A DNA stretch of 64,000 nt from Eledone cirrhosa. Lineage: Eukaryota. The stretch covers positions 53,630,001 to 53,694,000 of the forward strand of contig OZ024740.1 of NCBI GenBank assembly GCA_964016885.1. The letters run 5' to 3'. The number at the start of each line of letters is the position of its first letter. Position 1 is the stretch's first letter. A program made the translations under genes and the position numbers. Positions 40,009-50,883 of this stretch are shown here, piece by piece. Under the pieces are notes generated by a model. That model was not told the DNA's origin. It did not search any database and saw only the letters and a list, made by a program, of their open reading frames with translations.

Positions 40009-40051
40009 ACGTTGCTGACGATAGCTAATAAGCTTGAAACTAGTACAGCGT
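40009..40051 (+). ncRNA. Type I hammerhead ribozyme
   Basis: ACGUUG CUGACGA UAGCU AAUA AGCUU GAAA CUAGU A CAGCGU. Differs from the other copy only at the variable N7. Confidence 0.8.
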
Positions 40052-41181
40052 TCCTTTTGTTGAACAAATGAGCAACGATGGTTGCTAGACACTGTACGGC
40101 TTAATTCGGGATGCTTGTTTACAAACACACCGATCATTATAATAAATGTTCGGTGAATCCATACGTACATGTATATATGTGTGCATGTATGTATATATAT
40201 ATATACATACTACTGTACGTCTGTATACATATATGTATGTACATATACATACTTATATTTAAGTAACAGCCGTACTAAGAGTGAGAAATTAAATTTCGTT
40301 TCATTTTATCCGTTTATTATAAGAAAAATAATTCTCCATATAAATATAGATAAATGTCTGAATATATTTTCCCTAAATTAACGTTCAAGTGGTCTTCCTT
40401 TTCCTTCTTCTTTAACAATTTTAATTTGATAATTTATATAGCTTCGTTAAATTAACAATATTCTGAACACATTCTCAATGTTGAACATTTTTGAATCCAC
40501 AAATTATTCTAATCTCACAACTTGAAAATAAAATTGTCAACATTCTTCGTAACTCATATATGTTTATATAAACAATCAATGCATACGCAACTTATTAATA
40601 TATGTAGAGAAATTTATATACATATAACCTATCCTAATGTAATAAGATAAAAATACTTACAACCATAATTCTTCATATAATTTCATAACTCATAATATAG
40701 GTAAGAAAAATCTTTTCCCCCAAATTAACGTTATTCTTTTCTCTTTCTCTTCCTTCCTTATCATAAATATTTAAATTTTCCATAGCGTCTAAAATAACGT
40801 TTTTTCAACCCTTTAATATACACATCATTTGCATACTCATATTAATCATTTTAATTATCTGACTTTTTTCCTCTCTTCCCTTCACTTTCCAGGGATATCT
40901 TGAACCGTTAAGGTATATCATCATGGTCATGTCAAATATTTCTAAAACATTTTGTATTTTATCTGATGATAGCGTACCAAAATTTTAGGTACCCTTGAAA
41001 TATATATAATAGAATAAATATGATTTTATAAATATAGTTTCCATTTATTTAATATCAATTATATATATATATATATATTTGTAGTAAGGTTGCTTGGATG
41101 GGTCCATAGGCGGTATGCCGGTTGAGGCACTCCTTCGGAACAGAGTATAATAATATGGAAAACGAAGAATCAGTGGTGCAT

Positions 41182-41382
41182 CGGAAGACAATTTATTAAC
41201 GTATTACAATTGTTTCTCCGGCGAACAGATCGAGGTGCGATCTGTTTGTGGATCGAACCTGACTCTGGATCCGCAAGTTCCTCATATACGTCTAGTGACT
41301 TCGAAGCAAAGATTAGCTTCAGATCGCACCCCGAGCTGTTCGCCGGAGAAGCAATTGTAATACGTTAATAAATTGTGTTCCG
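41182..41382. repeat. Inverted repeat with about 63-bp arms
   Basis: 41182-41244 pairs with 41320-41382. Confidence 0.85.
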
Positions 41383-41395
41383 TGTATATATATAT

Positions 41396-41443
<48 letters not shown>

Positions 41444-42062
41444 TTATTAATTTACATTTTTATAACATAGCCATGTGGATACAGCAGTACCACTCCAAAT
41501 TAAACGCTCAGAGAGGCTATACTTATGCATCCACAAACTATCTAAGATATTCCAGCATCTCAAATCCACACCACACCTATAATGACTACAAAACATCACA
41601 TAAATAACAAAAATACCCTTTGCGCTGCTAGCAGATAGTATATGAGCAGCCACATATATACCCGGACTTCAGTAACATACCACATATCAATAACTCAAAT
41701 GTCATAAATACTTTCAAAACTATTGGTCAAACATTTAACATAATTAAAATAAATAGTTAGATAATAATAATATAACCAATTATATATTTTGTAATATTAT
41801 GATTAAATCTAAACCATACAGTACCACGACTACTATCTTCCATATGTTAAACTAAACGCCCAACTTTTCAGCTTTCCGGCATGTATATGGTACGTATGTG
41901 GCGTATAAGCGTATGTATAGTAGAGAGGTCTACAATGCGCCTAATATATAATGAATAATTTATTTAGTAAGGTAAATACGAACGAATTAGCGCTCACAAT
42001 CTCATTACATTCCGTAAGTACGTACCCAACTAATGAACTATATACATGAGAAGCGAACAGCA

Positions 42063-42145
<83 letters not shown>

Positions 42146-42959
42146 TGTGTGTGTGTGTGCGTATGTATGTGTAGATATGTATATATTCTCTAGAGTGAGA
42201 GTGCCAAGAAGAAGAAATAGGTTGCTGTATGTTAACGGAGCTAATATATGATTCGTAAATACGAAAATTATCGACCAACCGATGTTTGCCAACTGTTTAA
42301 CCAGATGCATGTTTACACATTTCTGAACGATACTTCGCCTAAATCTCGCGGAAAAGTGTGTGTTTGATAGAAATATATAATACGTGAAGGGGAGATAACT
42401 CCGGGATTATATATTTACCCGATTCGTTTTAGGTCCTAGAATGGCATTGGGTGTGTGGTGAAAGAGAAAGGGGGATACGATGGCGAATATAACTACAGTA
42501 AGTGTTATCTACAGTAAGTGTTTGTGTTTATGCTAGTGTTCTGGAACATAGCATAGTACTTACAACGTGTGTCACTTTGAGAGAAGAGAAGGTTAGAAAA
42601 TAGTAATAGTTTGAGAGAGTATATGAGTATGCAGGGTAATGTTTCAGGTGGGTTTTTTTACGTCTACCTGCGTGGACAATGTGTCTGAGGCCTGATCTTT
42701 CCATGAAGAGAAGTAATTTTTTATATGTAATTTGTTTCTGAAAAACTCATTTTTGAAGATCTCAAGCATTGGGGGATTCTATATATGTCGCTGGTACAAA
42801 TCATAGATATTTATGATCCATTGCTGTATGGATTGGTGTTTTGTAGTATGCATAGAGGATATTCAGGGACCAAAATACAAGGACACTCGCATTAACATTT
42901 ATACATATTAAAACTGGCAGACACGTTTACAATGTTGCAGGAAAATACACAAATATGTA

Positions 42960-43038
<79 letters not shown>

Positions 43039-43052
43039 ACACACACACACAC

Positions 43053-43106
<54 letters not shown>

Positions 43107-43333
43107 TTTTTAAATAGAGGTGTGACACACGAGTTGTGATATATTAGTAAAAAGGAAAAGAAAATGGTGACAAATTTTTCCTAGGGAAAAATAGTTTAAT
43201 TAGGAATAAGTATAAATTAATAATAAATATTAGCTAGTATTCAGTTTTAGTTTTAAGTTTTCCCCGGTTGCGCATGTTTTATACTTTTCAAAAATAATTT
43301 TGAGATAGAGTGTTCGTGATTTTTGCTCTAATC

Positions 43334-43412
<79 letters not shown>

Positions 43413-43416
<4 letters not shown>

Positions 43417-44182
43417 GGGGAGGGTCATATTTGTGTAATATTGCCAGAATTAATAACAGAACACACTCACTGTTTGGTTGGTTTTCGCTTTTCGCTTCTG
43501 TGTCTTTTATATCGGTAATCTAATTTATTCGATCCTCAATGTTGCCATTGACTGACCGACGGTCAAAAATAATACAGATACAATATAGACACAAACACAT
43601 ATATATATAGTTTATCAAAGTTCTTTCGTTGCACATCTGCAACATCGTCAGTGGTGCTATTGTTTCCTCCCGTTACATTGTATGTCTACGCCATTTTTAT
43701 TTAGTCTGTCTATATATTTATTTATTTATTTGTTCGTTTGTTTATTTTATTTTGTCTTCTTTGCGCATGCGTTTGCGTGTGTGTATAGTGTTTTGTTTGA
43801 TGTGTGTTCGTGATTGGGTGACTAGTGTGTGTTTATATGTGTTTGTTGTTATTGTGCTTGTGTATGTATTTATTTATTTATTTATCTATTTATTTATTTA
43901 TTTATTTATCTATTTATTTATTTATTTATTTATCTATTTATTTATTTATTTATTTATTTATTTATACTTCTCTTAGGTCAGTGTTGTTTGTTTGGGTGTT
44001 GTTGTTATTCCATTCATTCTTTCTGTTTAGTCTTGGCCTTCTAAGTTCTATTTCACTAGCCTCTCTGATTTGCCTATCTGCTGGGTCATTTCTATGTTTA
44101 GATATTATTCTAATTTCTATGTTGTCTATGTTACCGTCGTGTTGTTGTCTGGCATGTTCGTATAGTACTGACCCGTTTTTTC
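43413..44182 (-). mobile_element. PLE 3' fragment (GIY-YIG C-terminus and pseudo-LTR), related to 27708-29091
   Basis: SVLYEHARQQHDGNIDNIEIRI...RQIREA...PRLNRKNEWN is homologous to ORF 28297..28614. Confidence 0.85.
43614..43655 (-). ncRNA. Type I hammerhead ribozyme with an extra nt after A9
   Basis: ACCA CUGACGA U GUUGCA GAUG UGCAAC GAAA GAACU U UGAU. Stem I has one mismatch. Confidence 0.78.
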
Positions 44183-44191
44183 GCACACACA

Positions 44192-44232
<41 letters not shown>

Positions 44233-44363
44233 GTTAGGTTTTTTTTACAAAATGAAAAATAACCGAGGTGTCCTACACGAGTGAAAGTATAAAAAAAAAG
44301 AGATGAAATCGAAAATACAACTGGAGTCTTATTTAAAAAAAATATATATATATTTATTTGGTT

Positions 44364-44401
44364 CCTTTACCGGTTTCGCAGTTCTTCTGCTTTTCAAAAG
44401 G
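44364..44401 (-). ncRNA. Hammerhead ribozyme, U3-A8 variant
   Basis: Mirror copy of 44477-44514. Confidence 0.82.
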
Positions 44402-44476
44402 TGAGTTGAGATGGAGGGTCTGTGGTTTTTCTCACATCTGATGTGAGAAAAACCACAGACCCTCCATCTCAACTCA

Positions 44477-44514
44477 CCTTTTGAAAAGCAGAAGAACTGC
44501 GAAACCGGTAAAGG
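44477..44514 (+). ncRNA. Hammerhead ribozyme, U3-A8 variant
   Basis: CCUU UUGAAAA GCAG AAGAA CUGC GAAA CCGGU A AAGG, followed closely by AAUAAA. Confidence 0.82.
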
Positions 44515-45410
44515 AACCAAATAAATATATATATTTAAAAAAAAAATAAGACTCCAGTTGCATTTTCGATTTCATCTCTTTTTCTTTATATATATATACT
44601 TCTTTACACACACAAACACACGTGTATATATATATATATATACTGTTATACAAATGCAGCTAACATAAAGAGCTATTTCAGAAGGAGCTTAGATCATATG
44701 GGTTTTTGTCGATGAATGATTTCTGGAACACTTACGTTTGAATGTAACAGCTCAACTCTAAAATACTTTACAAACTTTTGGAAATGTTTCAATCCTTAGA
44801 CACATAACCACTAGCAACATAGACACATTCTGTTATAATATTTCGCAGGTGCAGGCTCTGAAAATAGAAACTTATTTCTGTGGTGATATAAATATTGACG
44901 CACAAACATCACATATACCAATAAATAAATGTGTATATAAATATTTCAAAAATGATTTCTTTAAAAGTTACAAATACATTTTTCTGAAAGGAAATGAAAA
45001 TGTGCAAAAAAATGTTTGTTTTTTTAAAATGGGAAAATGTATTCTGTTGCTGTGATAAATCATCTTAATATTAAACATAATCATGTGTTTTTTGTTAGTT
45101 TTAGTTTTTCTAATGTACACATATATTCATGAGATACAAGACGAGCTTGCTAGCATGGGCGATATGAGGAAGAGCCAAAAGAAAAAAAACGTTAAGCTTG
45201 GAGACAGGTGTCTTTTATCCACTAATCTAAGCCTAAGTCCCTCTCTATGAAGAAAAGCGCCTTAAGAAAATGATGTGAAATAAATATAAACATTCGAAAG
45301 ATATCTATATGTGTAAATCCTTACTTTTATATGGCCACACGCACATTTATGTGGGTACAAGTATGTAGATACATATATGTATAGGAGTAAATCGAATTAA
45401 TGTATGTACG

Positions 45411-45501
<91 letters not shown>

Positions 45502-45531
45502 TCACACATACATATATATATATATGTAAAA

Positions 45532-45592
<61 letters not shown>

Positions 45593-45621
45593 CATATATA
45601 TACTCTCTATATATATATATT

Positions 45622-45758
45622 GACGAAAGAAATTTTAGTCTGATAATGGGATTTAGAACCCTCAGATAAATGTAAAAAGATGAGTATTGACGTCAATACT
45701 CATCTTTTTCCATTTATCTGAGGGTTTCGTCGAAACGGCTTGAGCTCAGCCGTCGGGG
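45622..45758 (+). ncRNA. 5'-truncated hammerhead (stem II and 3' half only)
   Basis: GACGAAA...[internal 70-bp palindrome]...UUUCGUC GAAA CGGCU UGAGCUC AGCCGU C GGGG. The CUGANGA half is replaced by (TA)n. Confidence 0.55.
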
Positions 45759-45941
45759 TCCTACTCGTTCCTATACATATATATATATATAAATTTTGAG
45801 TATATGTTGGTTGTATACCAACAACTCAGTATGCAGTTTGGAGTACTCGACGAAGTGCGCAGGTTGGTTTGGTTACTCCGGAGTAATGTAAAATAAAATA
45901 AAATAAATAAGTCAAATGTTTAAAATTTGGCTTCGTTTATT

Positions 45942-45996
45942 ACTGCTATATATATTTCGGTGACAGCCATCTTTGGCTGTGACCTCTTCAGGCAGT
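45942..45996 (-). ncRNA. Type I hammerhead ribozyme
   Basis: ACUGC CUGAAGA GGUCACAGCC AAAGAU GGCUGUCACC GAAA UAUAUAU A GCAGU. Confidence 0.88.
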
Positions 45997-47487
45997 CCGA
46001 ATTAGTGTGGTAGAGACGAGTATACATGTTGTTGAGGTGTATAACTTTGTCAATACTCTAATATGCCCAGTTCCTGGTTGGGTTGTTATTTCACTGAGGA
46101 ACTGGAATCATATGAATTTAAACAAACGAATTTCAGCGTCAAAGGGCCTCTTCTCCTCTCATTGGTCAGTTGTTAGAACATTCCTCAGCCAAAAGTCTAT
46201 AGAAATTCGTTCTGAGGCAAGCCAATCTGTATTTGTTGTTCTTGTTATTGTTAGGTACATTCTTATGTTGGTAGTGGTGTTGTTCTTGGAGTCAGCTAAA
46301 AAAAAAGGTGATAAAGTGGTAGAAGAAATAAGATGGTAAAGGAACAAAATAAAATAAAATAATCGAATAACTTGTGTGTGTGTGTTATACCCATCTCAAT
46401 GTTATAAAGATTTGTAAGGTCAAACTTCCCATTGGTCAGTTTTGAGAGCATTCATCAGTCCAAAGTCTATAGAAATTCTTTCTGGGGTGAGGCTCCCTGT
46501 AGTGTTTGTGTTTGCTATTGTTAAGTACATCTGACCTCTAACCTTATTTTGGTACTCTTGTTGGTGTTGTGGTCAGCTTATGTCTTGCTGCTGCTGACAA
46601 TTTAGAAGTATCTGTGTGTGTGTTTCTTCATCCCTCCTGCCACCATCTCCCGTGGTGGTGGCGGTGGTGGTGGTGGTGGAGAGGGGGGGGGGGTTATGCC
46701 ATGTAAATGAAGAAATAGAAGGCAATAAAATGAAGAAAACAGAAAATAAATAATAAATAGAAAATAAATGAAAAATTAATGAAAAAGTAATGAAAAATGA
46801 ATATGGAAAATGAAGATGAAAAGTGAATAATAAAAATGAAGATTCAAATAAAATAAGATAAAATGTGTGTGTGTTATAATCAATCTCAAGGTCAGAAATA
46901 TGTTGGATAGAGTGGTAGGAGGAGCAAGACGGTGAAAGAATAAAACGAAATAGGATAATCAAATAAAATGTGTGTGTGTTATAACCAATCTCAACTTAGA
47001 TATAAATATAAGGTGATAACGTGAAGAAAACAGAAAACAAATAACAAATGAATAATGAGAAATCAAAAATGAAAAATCAAAAATCAAGTAAATTAAAATG
47101 TGTGTGTGTTATAAAGATGTTGGCCAAATTATAAAGGCTGTGTCAGAATCAATCTCTAGGCTATCATGGCGTCTCGGACAGGATCTCCAGCCTGTCCGCA
47201 AGTAAGGAAATATTCGATAACAATGCGGAATATTACAACTACACATAACAACTACAGATTGGCTTGCCTCAGAACGAATTTCTATAGACTTTTGGCTATG
47301 GAATGTTCTAACAACTGACCAATGAGGGGATAAGAGGCCCTTTGACGCTGAAATTCGTTTGTTTAAATTCATATGATTCCAGTTCCTCAGTGAAATAAGA
47401 ACCCAACCAGGAACTGGGCATATCAGAGTATTGACAAAGTTATACACCTCAACAACATGTGTACTCGTCTATACCGCACTAATTCGG

Positions 47488-47542
47488 ACTGCCTGAAGAG
47501 GTCACAGACAAAGATGGCTGTCACCGAAATATATATAGCAGT
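47488..47542 (+). ncRNA. Type I hammerhead ribozyme
   Basis: ACUGC CUGAAGA GGU...ACC GAAA UAUAUAU A GCAGU, then AAUAAA. Confidence 0.88.
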
Positions 47543-47587
47543 AATAAACGAAGCCAAATTTTAAACATTTGACTTATTTATTTTATT

Positions 47588-47634
<47 letters not shown>

Positions 47635-47791
47635 ATATATATATAAGGGTTAAAATACTGGAGCGTGTTGGAGTTAAACACCCTCTTCGTATTATAGAAA
47701 TGACAGTAAAAGCTATAGCTCAATGTAGTTAAACAGAGCCGAAAAATTAAGAAAGTAAAACAAAGAAGCCTTCAATACATCAAAAGTCTTT

Positions 47792-47836
47792 ATTAACCGA
47801 CAATGTTTCGTCCTATTAAGGACTCATCAGGGCAAT
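47792..47836 (-). ncRNA. Type I hammerhead ribozyme
   Basis: AUUGCC CUGAUGA GUCC UUAAUA GGAC GAAAC AUU GUC GGUUAAU. Confidence 0.9.
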
Positions 47837-48730
47837 TAAAACAACAAGAAGTAATATCGGCAGATACAAGCCGGAAGCTCAGAAGAATATGGAGTGTACA
47901 TACACTAAAGTATTGCAAGATTATGGGTAAAAATATATAACAAAAATAATAAAAATATATAATAAAAATTACTAAGGATGTATATAACATTAAGAACCAT
48001 ATTACAAATATAGTCCAAAGCAAAAAAAACCTAGAGCTAAACAAAGGTGGTTATATAGAGCAGGAATTATATATAATACAATGTAATATAATATAATATA
48101 CCTTTACCAACATTAAAATTACAATAAAAATCAAAAGGTACAATATGCTTATGTATATATGTACGCACACGTACACACACATACACATACAACAATACAC
48201 ATATCCATCTTCAACTGCACAAATTAAACCTTATTAAGAGTTTGAATATAAAAATAAGCATGATAGGAATGAAAATAATAATAATAATAATACTAATACA
48301 TCTACCCAATATACATGAGGTAATAATATGATATAATTATAAGTAGCATATATAATAAATAATAAACAATACAATTATATACTATATAATATAATATAAT
48401 AGAATAGATAATCTCCGGTTAATTTACACAACCAATATAGATGTCACAATAATACTATAATAATATTATACTAACATTTATAATATACAATATACTAACA
48501 TTTATAATAAACAATATATAATGGTACTCAAGTTAACAAATCAATTCATATTGGGTTACAGAGAAGATGGTTCTTAATGTTATATACATCCTTAGTAATT
48601 TTTATTATATATTTTTATTATTTTTGTTATATATTTTTACCCATAATCTTGCAATACTTTAGTGTATGTACACTCCATATTCTTCTGAGCTTCCGGCTTG
48701 TATCTGCCGATATTACTTCTTGTTGTTTTA

Positions 48731-48775
48731 ATTGCCCTGATGAGTCCTTAATAGGACGAAACATTGTCGGCTAAT
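48731..48775 (+). ncRNA. Type I hammerhead ribozyme
   Basis: AUUGCC CUGAUGA GUCC UUAAUA GGAC GAAAC AUU GUC GGCUAAU. Canonical core, GUC cleavage site. Confidence 0.9.
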
Positions 48776-48888
48776 AAAGACTTTTGATGTATTGAAGGCT
48801 TCTTTGTTTTACTTTCTTAATATATATATATATATATTTAATGTCACTCCGTTGACTTTTTCAAATTTCAACGGAAACTTCAATACAT

Positions 48889-48958
<70 letters not shown>

Positions 48959-49811
48959 ATTTACATTTACTGTGGTATAATTATATACGGTATGACACTT
49001 TGGTTCGATGCCGACTCGACCATACAGTGAATTTTACTTGGGACGTTGGGTTGAGTGACCGAACGTGAGGACTTTGGGAGATGGCAGTTATTGCGGACCT
49101 GTCGTATTATCAATTTCTTCACTGGTGTGCCGGCTGTACATATACCCTAACTTTCTTCAACTCATCGTACTTTATTTTATTTTAGATTTTAGGTGTTTAT
49201 CGCAGACTGCCTATGCGGATAAATCCCCTGAGTATATGTTTTAGAAACATAGTGTTATTTCGCCTAAAGCCCAGGACTGGAACCAATCGATGTTGTTCGT
49301 AGGGTGCTGATATGATACGGAGAATTGACCTGTTATAAGGCGATATAACTGGAGTGCACCATCCTTCCTATAGACAATCCTACATGTAAAGCTGCACCAC
49401 CGCTAACCAACTATTCTTCTCACAGACTCATGCTTGCAAGCTCTCTTAATCTGCCTGTACATCCTGTATTTGCACTGCTTATGCTTTGATGTAGCTATGT
49501 TTTGCTTTTTTTTTTTTTTTTTTTTGTTTCTTTGTTTTTTTTATTGTTTTTTTTTAATTGTTGTTGATCATGCTGAGTAACACCTTCACTCATTCCTTGC
49601 TAAACTCTCCCAACCTTCTTATCATCTATTGCACCATTCATGTGATAAATTGTTGATGTAATTTTTTATGACATTTCATGACATTATGTGCGTCATGTAT
49701 TGTGTCTTTTTTTATATAGCGCTGGCCTCGGGAACCCCTGCTGTTCCTTTAACCTTGTTTTGATGACACAGCTTGATGGAGCATGCACCTATTGATATAC
49801 TCTTGTTTATA

Positions 49812-49858
49812 GGCTCTGATGATTCCTGACATAGGATACGGATGAAACACTGTTAGCT
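49812..49858 (+). ncRNA. Type I hammerhead ribozyme
   Basis: GGCU CUGAUGA UUCC...GGAU GAAAC ACU GUU AGCU, then AAUAAA. Confidence 0.72.
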
Positions 49859-49909
49859 AATAAAACAATGTATTTCTAAGCACTCTTTGGTTATTCCTAA
49901 ACATATATA

Positions 49910-50156
49910 TATGATACAGAGAAAACTGAGGTTAGCTGGACATGCTCACCGACATCCAGAGTTCACATTGCGCTCAGTGCTCCTGTGGGAGCCCCTATAT
50001 GGACACACTGGAAGAGGAAGACCAAGGTTAACGTATGTTGATGCCCTAAAGACAGACACTGGTCTGTTGGAGACGCAGGACATGGCAGCGATAATGAGGG
50101 ACAGAGACCGCTGGAGAGATCTCGTCCATGGATCTCTGGAATTTTACTCGCCCTAG
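49910..50156 (+). mobile_element. RTE-type LINE 3' fragment
   Basis: RKLRLAGHAHRH...VLLWEP...[11 protein letters not shown]...DRDRWR is a typical RTE-clade C-terminus. Confidence 0.8.
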
Positions 50157-50165
50157 AAAAAAAAA

Positions 50166-50883
<718 letters not shown>

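Larger units (their letters stand above)
39331..40317. repeat. About 429-bp HHR-bearing tandem unit plus inverted arm
   Basis: Sequence from 39331 recurs at 39760. 39944-40317 is an inverted, circularly permuted copy. Confidence 0.9.
44288..44590. repeat. Near-perfect 300-bp palindrome centred at 44439
   Basis: Centre reads ...ctcacatc T gatgtgag...; each arm carries an HHR. Confidence 0.95.
45888..47596. repeat. Inverted repeat with about 340-bp arms and 1-kb spacer, PLE pseudo-LTR-like
   Basis: About 45888-46229 pairs with about 47253-47596. Each arm has an HHR followed by AATAAA. Confidence 0.9.
47747..48820. repeat. Inverted repeat with about 250-bp arms, PLE pseudo-LTR-like
   Basis: 47747-48000 pairs with 48568-48820. 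This explains the duplicated spurious ORFs. Confidence 0.92.

Noticed and set aside
47793-48774. Two near-identical hydrophobic ORFs on opposite strands
   Set aside because: They are a by-product of the inverted repeat and overlap the ribozyme.
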